Assembly: GCA_030390025.1 (NCBI GenBank) | Contig: CM059432.1 | Coordinates: 117,616,001-117,680,000, forward strand | DNA length: 64,000 nt | Origin: Squalus acanthias | Lineage: Eukaryota | Reading direction: 5' to 3' | In this document: positions 13,813 through 27,614 of the stretch, piece by piece | How the letters are laid out: each line of letters begins with the position of its first letter | Position numbering within the stretch: the stretch's first letter is position 1 | Made by a program: the position numbers and the translations under genes | The notes under the pieces: generated by a model | The model's input: the letters and a program-made list of their open reading frames with translations, nothing else | What the model was told of the DNA's origin: nothing | Databases searched by the model: none

Positions 13813-14829
13813 GTAATGCTTCCCGATATCACTCCCTGAACTCAGCTCATTTAACTCATGCATCACCACCCATCAAACAAAGCTTGGATGCTGAGCCGCT
13901 CCATCAGTTCTTCGCAGACTCTGTTTCCTGCCTCCACATTTGTTTTACTATTTACTGTTTTTTTTCCATCCACTTCTTTTGCCCCATACAGTCTTTGGAA
14001 AAGCTGAAAACAATTTTTTCCCTACACGCGGTCACCTACATTTACATTCCTTCAATTTTGGTGCACTTTTAATGGGTGTTTACCGGCACTATTTTCTGCC
14101 CCCATGAGTTACATCCTCTACACACGCAATCCAAATCAGGAGCTCACCTTGCATACCTAATCAGGGCTGGGGCCAGAAAATAAGCTTAATAATGAGCATA
14201 CCAGCATCAGGTTGAGAAACCCCAAGCTGATATTTCATAGATGTCATAGCAGCTCCAATGCAGAAGCCAGGAAGTCACTTTTCCAATTCTAGCCTGAACT
14301 GGATACCATATGGTCTCACCGAGAGAGGGTGGGGTATTCATTCTTTACAAAGCCACTAGATGGAGCAATAAATGGCAGCAGAACATTCCACCTTAGGGCA
14401 GAGAGAAGACTGATGTGCCAGCTTCTCTCTCTAGGACAACACCTCACTGGTTGACCATGGATAGCTCGAGTGACAGACATGATTGAGAAGTTATTGATGG
14501 AGACATTTGTCTGATGGAAGAAGCAGCTGGGATCTAGATTGTGTGGTAGAACTTATTGTCAGCAACATGCTTGCCTGAACACTTGATGTGTTTGAATCAG
14601 ATTCCTTTCTCCACTCTTTTAGTGGAGGTGCTAGCCTGTCTGCTTTAAATATGAAGATTAATGGGAAAATCTGGTCTGTCCAGTTTTGCCGTCAGGAAAA
14701 ATATCAATAAAACACCAAAGCTAACAGCAGCTGTAGCTCACATAACTAACCAGCACTGTACAGCTGCTGCTGTCCTCCGACTCAGATTACAGCATCACAT
14801 CATACCCACAGTAAAGCTTCGCTGACAGC

Positions 14830-15240
14830 TTAGTGAGTTTATCCACTGAGTTTCTGTGCTACATGGACTAGGAAGGTCCTAGTATGCTCCCCAGTCACCG
14901 CTGAGTTAACTGGTCTCAGATGGGTGATGGTAGGAATCTTACGATTGACCTCAATGTCTTTTGGAAGCAAAAGGGGAAATTCAGTCAGGGATTTCTGCTC
15001 TCGATGGCTATCCAGAGATCATCACTGAAAGTATGTGTGCATGAACTCCTGGCGAGGACAGGGTCACTTTTGCCTGTGATGGCCTCTCATGGTTGGATAG
15101 CCTGCCAACACTCACTGTTAAGACTCACGAATGAACTGCGGCCACTTGGGAGAGGGAGAAGAGGACAAACCAGCATTTGTGGAGCTGTACATCAGCAAGG
15201 AGTTAATGGTTTCTGAAGCGCAGGGAGAAATATTGGGGAG
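14830..15240 (+). repeat. Unclassified SINE-like interspersed repeat
   Basis: 14900-15030 resembles the reverse complement of 22620-22760 (GCTGAGTTAACTGGTCTCAG vs CTGAGATCAGCTCAG). Confidence 0.45.
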
Positions 15241-17015
15241 ACAAAAATGTCAAAAATAATGAATGCACTGCCCTTAGAGCACAGATTATTCACAACTCAT
15301 ACCAAACCATGCTTTCATGCATATTCCACAAAAAATTAAAGCAGTGCCAGCAATGAAATACCCAGCTGTATAAACAGAATACTCTCCTTTGAGGCAGCCT
15401 TATGTGATTATCTTGCAACATTATCAGTTGACAGGCTTGTTCAGCCTTATGGCAGTTTCCTGTTCCTAAAAGTACTTATGCCAGCTATGAGATCAGCCTC
15501 ACTCACGTGTTAAGCAATGTATCATCCCAGTCTCTCCCAAGTATCCTTTATTGATATTACAGAAGGAAAAATGGTTGCTATGAATAAATATGAATGCATT
15601 TACATGCAGTATTGTTATCTTTAAGATAAATATCTACCAAGTATTTTTCCATTTATAATACACAACGAAAAACATCATTACTAGCTCATATATCTTATCA
15701 CATTAATGCAGAAATTAATGAATACAGGAACATAATGGTGACACATAGAAAGCATTTAGAAAAGCAGTTCTATTAATTTCTCATCATTTACAGCAGAGTG
15801 TCAGCTTCTTTAACATTGTCCTATTTGTGATTTTAATGTTTTGAATTAAGTATGAATGTAATGTAAGTAGGGATATAATGTAAATGTATTTGTGAGAGTT
15901 TTTGCATTAAAGCATGATTTAACAATAGTTGCAAAAGATCATTTTGATGCATAATTCCCCTGAATGGTTACCGAGGTAATCGGAACATGATACATAGCAA
16001 TCTATTGCTCATGATAGATTGGGATTAATCCTGATTAAATCATAATCATCACAGCGCCCCTCAGACGTGTAGAATCAACCTCAAAGACATAACCTGTGAA
16101 TCAGACCCGCCTTTCCAACTAATTCCATTTTGTCTTCTCAAAATGATAAATTGATATTCAAGAGCCTCCCTGAAATGAAATTCAACAATTTATGAATTCT
16201 TGAAGTGCTTATCTTTTTGATTTGGGACTAAGGTTGACTGAATTTGGACCCCAAACTAAACTAATATAAATGGCCTGGTTTTATATATATTTTTCTCATG
16301 CTGCTAACTGCTTTTCTACCACCTTTTGTGATAATAACAGTGTTTAGCGCTATCTTGTAAAATAAAGATACTTCATACTTCTGTCTGTAGTTTTGAAAGC
16401 ATGTTGTGCTCTACCACTTTGGAGGAGATCTGACCATTTATATCACCCACTTTGTTGCAATGGGCTGTAATAACATATAACAAAACATAAAGCTTCAACA
16501 AAACAACTACACTCACAAACTTAAGTTCAATTTATCTATTTTAAATGGAAACACTCAGGAAAGGACTCTTGTCACCTAGGGAACACGAGGCCATAACGAT
16601 ATTTGTGCCTTGTGTTAATTAGAATTTTGAAGCTAGACCATGACTAATCTTTGCTTTGGTTAGTCACTCCTCCTGAAGTCTCAGCTCCCAAAATGGTGCT
16701 ACTGATTATCATTACCATAAAAAATAAAAATCTATAATTTGGGGGAGAATGTCTTTCTTGCATACCTGCTAGCATTTCAGAGTAGGACTGTCAGAGAACT
16801 GACTGCAAAACTACACAAACCAGATTTTCCCATTAATCTTCACAGGGTACAAAGCTATCACTGGATGGCAGGGTTCCCTTGAGTGCTAGACAACAAAGAT
16901 GTCATCCACATGGGTAGCAAGGCAACTCGCATCCATTTCATAGCCTACATGCGTAGAAAATGTTTGCACTCAATTAATATAGAAAACATTGTTACACACA
17001 TCAATTGCGATTATA

Positions 17016-17460
17016 AAGAAAAACTTGCATTTATATAGCACCTTTCACGACCACTGGATGTCCCAAAGCGCTTTACAGCCAATGTGTAGTCACTTTGTAA
17101 TGTAGGAAACATGGCAGCCAATTTGCACACAGCAAGCTCCCACAAACAGCAATGTGATAATGACCAGATAATCTGTTTCAGTGATGTTGATTAAGGGATA
17201 AATATTGGGTAGGACACCAGGAATAACTCCCCTGCTCTTCTTCAAAATAGTCCCATGGGATCTTTTATGTCCACCTGAGGGTGCAGGTAGGGCCTCAGGT
17301 TTAACATCTTATCTGAAAGACAGTACCTCCGACAGTGCAGTACTCCCTCAGTACTGCACTGGAGTGCCAGCCTAGATTATTGTGCTCAAGTCTCTGGAGA
17401 GGGAGTATGAACCAACTACCTTCTGACTCAAAGGCGAGGGTGCTACGAACTGAGCCACGG
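17016..17460 (-). mobile_element. Full-length SacSINE1-like DeuSINE
   Basis: tRNA-like head at 17400-17460, Deu core (TCTGAAAGACAGTACC) and 3' tail CTTGCATTTATATAGC. Many related copies in the window. Confidence 0.9.
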
Positions 17461-17944
17461 TTCACACACATTATCTGGGAAGCAGCCATGACACTTTCAT
17501 TATGTAGCAGCCCAATGTGTCCACATTTTTTTGAAGGAGAAGAATCGATGGACTCTAAGTAGACCAAGACTAATATCTCCATCCATGGCTCCATGGCTGC
17601 TGAAGGCAGACATTTCCTAACAGCAGAGGAGTACTGCAAACTAAAAACCTGAACATCTCCCTGCTGCCACCTCCACTTTCAAGTGAAGTATGTCAACCAG
17701 CTTTGGCACAATGAAAGAGTATGTGCAAAAGAGTATTGACTGTGAACAATGCTTTAAACGGTACCTCCCAGAGTGTGTGGTAGTTTCCAACTTAGGATTG
17801 TGCTATTGTTGATGGAAATGTGTGCGAACGTGAGGAGCACACTTATATCTGCCTTTCTTCTGAAACCAGTATATTTATTCCTCATTTGCACTTCAGTACA
17901 AGGGACCTAATTGACTGCATTCACTTTGTTAGTGACTTACATCC

Positions 17945-18090
17945 ATGCACCTTGTGCCTATGCTGTTACGCGAGGGTGACCTTCAACCCCAAATAGGCCG
18001 GTCTCCTTTGGTGCAACTCCTGCAACAGGACCTCCAACCCTTCAGTGTGGAAGAGAGCCTTGCTGCCCACATTTCTCTGCTCTGCCATTG
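17945..18090 (-). pseudogene. Harbinger Myb/SANT N-terminal remnant
   Basis: The - strand reads ...KALFHTEGLEVLLQELHQRR..., similar to RF...LEVL.....RR in the other copies. Confidence 0.45.
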
Positions 18091-19412
18091 TGAACAATTA
18101 GTCCAGCTTTCTGCCACCATAACTCCCCCGTTAATAGTTTAATCTCCTCAACCAAGCGTGCTGCAGGCCAAGCTCCGTGGGCAAGCCTTACAAGCACCAA
18201 TAACCTGTTCAGATCAGGGACAGGAACCACCCCAGAAAATGTACCGCTGCTCAGCCTCTGAGCTACCAGGACTTTGAGCCCATGGTATGGTCCAGTTCAA
18301 CCTCATAGTTGGTTTTTGTGCAAAATCGAGATTCGTGCTGGTTTTATGATTAAGCTGGTGGTGGTGGCGGGGGAGGGTGAGCATAAGGATAATTTCCTAT
18401 TAGAATACAGGCAAGAAAACTGACATCACGACTCCACAGGCCACAGAGTTTGTATGGCACACTCACTGCTTCATCCAATAATTTAAACTGATCTCTGTTT
18501 CAATTCACAGAAGCTTAGAGAAAATATGACAGCAGTAATGGAGTTAGCACAGTTGCCGACATCTATTAGTGGGACACATCACTGAAGTGTCACAGGCAGG
18601 GAGCTGTGCTGTCTGTGTTGGTACTGTCTATAGGTCAACTGTGCTACATTTGGTAACATGTACAAAACCAGTTGATTAGAGCTACTGTGCAAAATGCTGA
18701 AGAATTGCAGCCTCCTGGAACGGGGACGATTAACTCTGTAACTGCAGCACGATGTCGCCATTCAGTAACAAAAACTGCCAAATATAAGTGTTAATTTTCT
18801 GTACCCGCGTCTCCTACATATTGATCAATTTTCTTGCAGTGTAAAATTAATTTTAAAAGTTACATTTTAATTTTTTTTAAATGCAGGAATAAATGTATTG
18901 TATACCACTTATTTTGGGTATACATTACTCAAACAATTGTGTGTTACATCTGGAGACTCTTTGGCCTAGAATTTCAGCTCAGTAGCACCCGATCTTTCAG
19001 CGCTATGGGTGCCATTTTCTGCTGCGGTCCGCGCCGGACGCCATTCTGGTGAGGTGGTATGCGTCGGTGCAGGGAGCGTGCGCAGGAAGTATGCAGAGTA
19101 CGCAGATTGTGACGTAAATCAGCTTGCAATGCTGATTTGATGCCAGTGCTGCCATTTTCCGCCTCAACTCTGGAGCTAACTTGCTCTCCCACAGCCGAAC
19201 ATGCATTCAGCAGCAGGAAGGACCCCCCACCAGCGCTATTTAAAGAGATAGACACCTGCTTTCAGGTTAGTTGCTAATTGATTTCTACTGGCTCTTGGCG
19301 AGTTTGTAGAGGCGTTTGGTGATTTGTTATCCTATTTGAAGTTGCTGAAGTCTCCAGGGAGTGGTGTGGCAGCTTACTTCAAGGCTGCTGCTCAGACCAG
19401 TTGCTCACAGCC

Positions 19413-19890
19413 ATGGGTGCAGTAGTTTGTAGCCCCCTTGGCCTGCAGCATGACAGGGAGAATAGCAGAGGCGAGCCAGAGGAGGACAAGCTGCTCGAAG
19501 AGGGAGGAGGAGGAGGGGGAGAAGGGCTCTCAGCAGGTGGCCATATCCACTCAGGGTCTTCATGGAGCAATTCTACCTCAACCTCAGCGAGGAACAGTGC
19601 ATGTGATGTCTCCGCTTCATTAAGGAGGTGCTCACTGAAATCTGCTACCTGTTGCAGGCAGAACTGTAGTCTCAGAGCAGGGCAAGGATGGCATTGCCAG
19701 TGGCTGTGAAGGTAAGCATGGCCATAAATTTTTATGCGTCGGGCTCCTCCCAGGTTGGAGCAGGCGACATTTGTAACATCTCATAGTTCGCCATTCACAG
19801 TTGCATACATAAGGGAGGTGAGTGAGGCTTTGTATGCAAAGAGAAGTGAATACATTTAATCTTCTCTTGCCAGAGAGAAACAGGCAGAGC
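19413..19890 (+). pseudogene. Harbinger (HARBI1-like) transposase N-terminal part; DDE core deleted
   Basis: Reads ...YPLRVFMEQFYLNLSEEQCM*CLRFIKEVLTEICYLLQAEL*SQSRARMALPVAVKVSMAINFYASGSSQVGAGDICNIS*FAIHSCI..., with in-frame stops. Confidence 0.9.
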
Positions 19891-21542
19891 AAGCACCACC
19901 TCGGCATAGGCAGCAGCAGTCTGGGCCGGCTGGCTGACAGGCAACAGCATCGGCACTGGTGGAGTGGCAGTGGTGGGAGTACAAAGGCTATCAACTGTTG
20001 GAGGGCAGATTGCTGGACTGCTGTGACACCCTGCAAGCCCCTTTCAACACTGGTAAACCCAGCCATGATGGCAGCAGTCTGAACTTGCGTGGCAACAAGC
20101 TGAGCCTGCATGAAAGCTTGCATGACTTCAGTCTGAGCTTCCACTGCAGCACTCAGACGCTGGGTGGCTTCTGCTTGTGCTGCAGTGGAAGCTGAGACAT
20201 CGGCCATCAGACGCTGCATCATGGTTGGGTCCACACGTGTGCTGATGGAGTTGGCCAACACTTCTACGCTGGAAAGGATGGGCTCCAAGCTCTGCACAAA
20301 GCCCTGTGCAAGGTTGGTGCTGGACTCCTCTATGCTCCTTGACATTGCACTCAGGCTTTCTGGCAGGCCTGCCAATGCACCAAACATTTCATTGTGCAAA
20401 CCCATCAGCATTCTTCTGTAGGCCGCCCCATCAAATTCCTAGTCTGAGCCCTGTACAGCAGAACTCACGTGCGACATCGCCCTCCGGGGAGCTGGCACCT
20501 GCGTTACCCTTTCCCCCTGCCCTAGCTGCAGCCCACTCGTGCCCGGTGACTCACCATGTGCAGATCCCACCTCTAAGCTACCCTCTAACGTCCGTGCATT
20601 GCCATTATCTGAGTTGCTGGCTGCGAATGTGAGATCGAGTGACGGTGTTCCTTCTTCATCTGTGTCTTCGTTCTCTTCCACCAGTGCCTACACAGGTTGG
20701 AGTTCTTGGGTGTTTGAAAGGAGAAAGGCACAAGGGTAGGGTTGTGGTGAGGGGTGGGGGGCAAAGCAGGAGGTGCGTGCTTACACCATCAGCAGCTTGT
20801 AAGTGAGAAGAGATTGTGGGATGAGGGGGAAGTGGGATGTGAGAAGGAGGATTAGGTATGAGCATACAGTCATCTTCAATAGTTAAAACCCCACCACTGG
20901 ATACAGGCTCAGTAACGGCTGGTCCTATAATGGCAAGCACCATCTCCTCCATGTGGATTAGTATATGCAGGCACACCTGCCCCCCTCGGGTTAGCTGCTG
21001 CTGCCTGTGGTTGTGAGCCACCTTCTCCTGCAAGAGAGAGGGAAGTGTGTAACTGAATGTGGTGCAATGTGTTTGGGTGATGTGGCCATCATGGTTGAAT
21101 AGCTGGCAGTGTGTGCAAGCTGTGAGATGTGGGTGTCTTGGCAGCAGTGGTACGTGTGTGAGAGTGAGGTGAAGCTATGATTGTGGGGTATGAGTTGTGA
21201 TTGATAGAGATTGTTGGTAGGTGAGTGATGGGGGTGTGGTGCATTGAGCAGTGTGTGAGGCTAGTGGTGCAGTTGGTAGGATGTGGCATTTGAAGATGCA
21301 TTCACTGACATTGACAATTCATGTGAGGTCATTGAACTTCTTTGGCACTGCATCCAGGTCCTCGGCGCAACACTGCTGGCATTGACCTCCATGGCTATCT
21401 GCTGCCACTGTCTTCGCAGTGTCTGTCTCAAGGGCCTCCTGACCCCCTGCAGATACAGGACCTCTCTCCCGCTGTCCACCTCCTGCACTAAGGCTTCTGC
21501 ATCAGAAAACCTTGCAGCCCTCTCTCTGGTATGTTGTGCCAT
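19890..21542 (-). pseudogene. Harbinger Myb/SANT-like (NAIF1-like) accessory gene, three exons
   Basis: Exon 1 (21542-~21310): MAQHTRERAARFSDAEALVQEV...WQQIAMEVNASSVAPRTWMQC. Exon 2 (21027-20868, TTGCAG acceptor, GTATG donor): EKVAHNHRQQQLTRGG... Exon 3: acidic and Ala/Gln-rich helical region. Contains a frameshift and a stop. Confidence 0.85.
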
Positions 21543-22822
21543 TCCTGTTTCTTTCCCAGGTCAAACTCACTTCTGGAATAACTTCCAGCACCTTCTCTCG
21601 TCAAACTGAACCTCCCCTTTAAGAGGTGCAGGATGGCTTTAAGAAGTGCAGGCTAGCTTTAATTGGTGCTAGCCTCGCACGAACTTGGGCCCCCTGCTGA
21701 GCGTGCAGCCATTCAGCAGCGTGCTCAGCGCTGGGCTGCACACTGCAATCATATAAAAAGTTTGTGTGCTGCCTGCATCAGAAGGAACGGGCGTGGGTTG
21801 AACACGCATCGCGATCCCCGCACCCATTTTCAGGCCTTGTCCAATTTCTAGCCCTTTATCCTTCCCCACATGTTATCTTCAAAAATCACAGATTTGGCAC
21901 AAAATGGTTTGTGGCCATTGTGATTTATTCTAAAACTGTTGAAGATAGACATGTAATTGAAAGAAAGATGAAAGGCTGGATACTCTGGAGCCATGTACAC
22001 GATGCAACGATCTTGTTTACACTGTGTGATGAAGTGCATATCTCACTGGAAGCGATATGCTTAAGTGAGGACATGTTCAAACTGCATGACTGGAAGCCTT
22101 CCTGCAATGTATGGTCAGAGTATTCATCCTAACACCACAATGTCAAGTGGAGGACAACTGAATTAATAAAGTGGATTTCTCCGAAAGAAATATACAAGTT
22201 CAGTATAGAGATTGGAGCTCAGAATTTAAGCAACTTGGGTGGGGTTTCCCACTTTGGGGCAGAGTCATGTCAGGGGCAGGACTTCCACCCTCTCCTTTGA
22301 CCCTAATGCAACCCCAACTCATTTTCCTGGATGCTGGGTTACTTAGACATATGGGGAGGGGGGTGGGGCCTCCTGGGAGGATTTCCTTCATCAAGTAAGG
22401 GAAATTCGGATGTTCCTGCAGTGGGGAAGCCACTGCAGCACTAGATGACCTCTGCTGCTACACTTGAATGGGCAGAGGAGCCCCAAAAGACAGAAAAGGC
22501 AGCAGGTTTTGTTGGCCTTAGCTGAGACCGAGGCTTACAAAGGTAGAGTGCTGAGGCCGATTTAGAGGGAGGAGACATCGGGGCCGGTCTCACTTCTATC
22601 CCGGGCCATCCACCGCACACTTCCCAGCAGGAGTTATAGGACAGTGATCAGGATTGGGAATCATAGCTGATTTCTTTACCTAGCCCATGGGCACTTGGGC
22701 CAGCTGCAACTTCCCTCAGCCTGGCTGAGATCAGCTCAGTTTTGGTCAGGAACCTGAGATTTTCTCTGTTTGCACGGTTGAGTTAACAGTGAGCAAAGCT
22801 CTTTAACTTTAAGGGAGCAGTA

Positions 22823-24062
22823 AAGAAAGAAAGACTTGCATTTATATAACGCCTTTCACAACCACCAGACATCCCAAAGTGCTTTACAGCCAATGAGGTA
22901 CTTTTTGAAATTTAGTCACTGTTGTAATGTAGGAAACACAGCAGCCAATTTGTGCACAGCAAGCTCCCACGAACAGCAATGTGATAATGACCAGTTAATC
23001 TGCTTTAGTGATGTTGATTGAGGGATAAATATTGGCCAGGATTCCGGGGATAATTCCTCTGCTCTTCTTCAAAATAGTGCCATGGGATCTTTTACGTCCA
23101 CCTGAGAGAACAGACAGGGCCTCGGTTTAACATCTCATCCGAAAGACAGCACCTCCAATAGTGCAGCACTAGAATGTCAAGCTAGATTCTTGGGGCTGGA
23201 TTTTGTGAATGGAGGCGAGTTGGAGGCGGGACTGCTGCTTGCCGTGTCAATGTCCCGCCTCCATCCTCGCCTGACCAACCAGAGGGATTTCCCCCTGATT
23301 GAGCTTGTTAAGCTCGCCCTGCGGGCTCAGCAGGCCAATTAGGAAGGAAGTTACTGACAGAGCACGTCAACGTCTGATGTGTTAAAAGAAGAAATGTCAG
23401 CGTTTGACAGCTCTGTGAAGCTGTCAAACACTGACATTCTCTTAAGCTTGATGAGGCCTTGTGTTCAGGACTCATCAAACCTTTCTACTTTGTAAATTTC
23501 ACATGGCTGTCGGTACGGATGTTCCAACAGCCAGTCTGTGAAATTGACAAGGAGGATGTCGGCTCTCCCGATCCACCATGGCTGAAGGCTGTAGGAAGAA
23601 AACAAGGTAAGTGAACACTTTTTAAAATTTATCACTCACCTTGCATACTTACCACTCCACACTTGCACCCATCACTCACCTCTACACCTTACTTCCAGGT
23701 GCCTCCGACCACCGCAGACCTCCTCCACATCTCCTCCAACCCGACGGGGTTCTCCGAGGTCGGGAAGCCTTCACCTGTGAAGGAAAATGGCACTAATCCT
23801 TTTTTCTGCCTGTTAACTACCTGTTAACAGGCAGTTAAAAGGATTAAATGCCTTTCCCGCCTCCAGGAGACGGGACCCGAAGCTGCATGGAGGGCCATCC
23901 GCCCCCACTTTCTCCGAATTTACCGGCTGTCCTGCCTCCATGCCCACCTCCTCGGGGCTTGGAAAATCCAGCTCGCGCACTCCAGTCTCTGGAGTGAGAT
24001 TTGAACCCATCAATCTTATGACTCAGAGGCAATGGGTGCTACCAAATGAGCCACGGCTGACA
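22823..24062 (-). mobile_element. SacSINE1-like DeuSINE split by a MITE
   Basis: The SINE body at 22823-23191 resumes at about 23975 with the head (...CAGTCTCTGGAGTGAGATTTGAACCC...GAGCCACGGC). Confidence 0.9.
23193..23974. mobile_element. Harbinger-type MITE nested in the SINE
   Basis: TIRs GGGCTGGATTTT / AAAATCCAGCTC (11/12), the same terminus as 54326 and 42399. Confidence 0.8.
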
Positions 24063-24221
24063 CTATTACAGGCTTGACAAACATAAGGCCATAAGTTTAG
24101 TTCCTGCTGCAGATCTAGCCCTTTTTGCACCCAACAAAATGTGTAACAGTTTGTAATCAGGAATAAGGGCTCTTGCCTTGTGATCTCAAAGAATGAACAA
24201 ATAATATCCATTTGTTTCTAT

Positions 24222-24580
24222 CTAGGCTGATACTTCAGTGCCGTTCTGAAGGAGTGTTGTGCTGTCGGAGCTGCCATCTTTCAGATGAGACATTAAACTG
24301 ATGCCATGGGATCTTTTATGCCCGCCTGAGAGAGCACTATTCAAATAAAAGTAGGGGTGTTTTCCCCGGTGTCCTGACCAATATTTATCCCTCAACCAAC
24401 ATCACCATTATCTGGACATTATCACATTGCTGTTTGTGGGAGCTTGCTGTGCACAAATTGGCTGTCGCGTTTCCTACATTACAACAGTGTCCACACTTCA
24501 AAAGTACTTTGTTGGCTGTAAAGTGCTTTGGGACTTCCTGAGGTCGTGAAAGGTGCTATAGAAATGCAAGTTCATTTTTT
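24222..24580 (+). mobile_element. SacSINE1-like DeuSINE (5'-truncated, rearranged)
   Basis: Reverse complement of the 17016-17460 family. Confidence 0.9.
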
Positions 24581-26859
24581 TTCTATAATAAAAACATCAG
24601 TGAGCAGATTGTACAAAGTAATAATTGACTGCTGCAGAGGTTTTTATTTAACTCTACTCAATATACATATATTAATTCTGTTAGCTTCATAAATGCAAGC
24701 ATAGAATGAGCAAGTGAAACCAAATTGAATGATTTGTGATAATAATATCGCATGATTGAATCACTTGAATAATTTGTTTGGAACTTTCCAGGTTGCTTCT
24801 TACAAGATTAAATCTGAATGTGGCCGAAACAATCAAACCTCTGGCATTGCTTTCAAAAATGTTCAATTTGCAAATGCTCAAAATAGACTTGAGGCTTTAT
24901 CTGATCTGCTTACAATGCAACTTTCTGCAACTCCTCTGTGTGTGAAGTGTGAGAAGTCGGGAAAAAAAAACCTGGCATTTGCCAAAAAAAGGACTAAGAA
25001 ACGGAATGTTAGGAGATCAGAACCGCTTTCGAAGTAGGTGTTGCAAATTCCTGGGACTGTAGATTCCGACGCTGCAGATACCCACACCATGTTTTCTGGA
25101 AATAAATCTTACTCAGAAGTAGGAAAATGAGCTTCTATTAACTGACTATTAAAATTAATGAATGAAAAACTAATGCCGGCATGCTCATTGGGAACGCAGA
25201 AGATGACAATTTACCCTCTACTCGTTACTTGTATCCATGTTAGTTTGGGTTGTCACATATCTGGTTTCAAAGCAGTCAGCTTTTGAGTGGGGTGTTTGGA
25301 AATGTTGTAAAATGTAATCTGACACCAACACCTGCTTTTTAAAATATCCGTTAATTTCCCTTGCGTCTGCGCCTTATGATGTGAAGGCAATAGTTACTAA
25401 AGTTATTATAGTTTTCATCATCAACAAAGAAAACAGCAAAACTCAAGTCATTGTCCCAAACTCTACCCCACCCCATCCTGCCCTCTCTCTGTAGTGGATT
25501 AGGTCGCAGGTGCCAATCGTAATGTCAATGTAACACTAATGGAGAATGCTCGCATGCCAGTGCAATGATTAGTCATTGGCTATTTTTCAAAATTGTGAAC
25601 AACAAAAGACAAATACCTTTGGGTGATGCTTTTATTTATTGGCTGATAAGGGTGAGACTCCCTCACATTCCCCATTGAGCTATTTTTTCCTCAGTTACCC
25701 TTTCTTGCTCTCTGTGCTACGCATCATCCATAGTTGAGAAGGCAAGTTGGTGACATGCACCCAGGGAACGAGGTGACGGCGTTGCCTCTTGCAAATACAG
25801 CGTTGTCACTTGCCTGATTCTCAGTAGAAAACGGGTGGAGGCACCATCAAATGTTTCGCCCATAATTCCTTGAATCCGTAAGTGCAAGTAGATAAAGCCA
25901 TTAAAAAGACCAATAGCATTTTCAGTTTTATAAACAGCATAGAGAAAATAAGTAATTTTAATTAGTACAATGCAATGGTTATGCCACAATTAAGAGTGTG
26001 CAGTTCTCCTCATTTCCCTGATCAGTAGGTCAGTGTCATCAATGGGAAAGCACATTCCATTCATAAACTCAGCCGAATGGTGTCTGATCTTTCTGCATCA
26101 CTAACATTGTCAAGAATTGAAGTCTTATGCGGAATATATATGCCCATATATTTGGCTGCACTTAGATCCTAGAATGTATTTCTAGGTTATGTGGGCACTG
26201 ACTGTATTTGTGAGATGAGTTGTTAGTAAAATATTAATTATCACTTCCCATCCTAACATATGAGAGACAAACTTAGTAATCGTACCAGAAGGAGATAACT
26301 TGACTAATACAATTCTCAATCCATGGAATTTCAAAGAATTATATATGAAAAATTATCTTTTGTAATCAACAGTGATAGAATGAGCCTGATTGAACACACT
26401 TGCTACTGGCAGTCAGTGGTCAAGCATAACACGCATGGATTCACGTTGAAAGTGTAAGAATCTCTTTGTGAGATCTCTCGACATTGACCCGCATCGGTGG
26501 CAGTAGTTAAACGTTTACTCAGCACAAGCAAGGATCAACACAATTACTGTATCTTAAGCAGCAGTTTCCAAGGAATAATTAAGAGCCATACTACCCCGTT
26601 TATGCCTTGGGTAAAAGTCACGGTCAGAGTTATCTGCACCCCTCTCTAGCCATGCCTCCTGGCCCGATTAGCCTCTGAGTGTCCCCTAGAGTTACTGGAA
26701 TCCTCCTCTGTTAACTTCCACACTTAACCCCTGCTGGTGTCCCTTTCTTATACCATTTCTTTCAATTCAAGCCTACGGAACTTCCCTCAGATCTATCACT
26801 CAACTTCCCTTTTTCCCCTGATAGGTCTTCTCTCTGCTTCCCTGATAGGTCCTCTCTCT

Positions 26860-27614
26860 CTTCTTCTCTTCTTAGGCAGTCCCTCAGAACCGAGGATGAC
26901 TTGCTTCCACATTAAAAATGAGTTCTCAGGTGACTGATGAGTCCAATGCGGGACCTACAGTCTTTGTCACAGGTGGGGCAGACGGTGGTTGAAGGGGCGG
27001 GTGGGTGGGGTGCTTGGGTTGATGTGCGCTGCTTGCGCTTGGCTTCCGCTTGCTCCCGGCGAAGAGACTCAAGGTGTTCGGCGCCTTCCCGGATGCTTCT
27101 CCTCCACTTTGTGCCGTCTTGGGCCAGGGATTCCCAGGTGTCGGTGGGGATGTTGCACTTTTTCAAGGAGGCTTTGAGGGTGTCCTTGAAGCGTTTCCTC
27201 TGCCCACCTGGGGCTCTCTTGCTATATCGGAGCTCCGAGTAGAGCGCTTGTTTTGGGAGTCTCGTATTGGGCATTCGGACGATGTGACCCTTCCATCGGA
27301 GCTGATCGAGCGTGGTCAAAGCTTCGATGCTGGGGCTGTTGGCCTGAGCGAGAACACTGATGTTGGTGCGCCTATCCTGCCAATGGATTTGCAGGATCTT
27401 GCGGAGGCAGCGTTGGTGGTACCTCTCCAGTGCTTTGAGGTGCCTGCTGTACATGGTCCATGTCTCTGAAGCATACAGGAGGGCGGGTATCACTACTGCT
27501 CTGTAGACCATGAGCTTGGTGCCGGGTTTGCGGTCCTGGTCTTCAAACACTCTCTTCCTCAGGCGACCGAAGGCTGCACTGGCACACTGAAGGCGGTGTT
27601 GGACTTCGTCATCA
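26860..27614 (-). mobile_element. RTE-clade (BovB-like) LINE, 5'-truncated
   Basis: Open ORF ...KLMVYRAVVIPALLYASETW...RLPKQALYSEL...CPTCDKDCRSRIGLISHLRTHF (C-terminal zinc knuckle), GAAGA-type tail, and TSD TCCTCTCTCT at 26850-59 and 27615-24. Confidence 0.95.

Larger units (their letters stand above)
18963..21854. mobile_element. PIF/Harbinger DNA transposon, internally deleted, both termini present
   Basis: TIRs GGCCTAGAATTT / AATTTCTAGCCC (10/12 match) flanked by TTT on both sides. Contains convergent transposase and Myb/SANT genes. Confidence 0.9.

Noticed and set aside
19413..21542. Host HARBI1/NAIF1 genes
   Set aside because: Stops, frameshifts, a missing catalytic core, flanking TIRs/TSD and multiple paralogous copies indicate a transposon relic.
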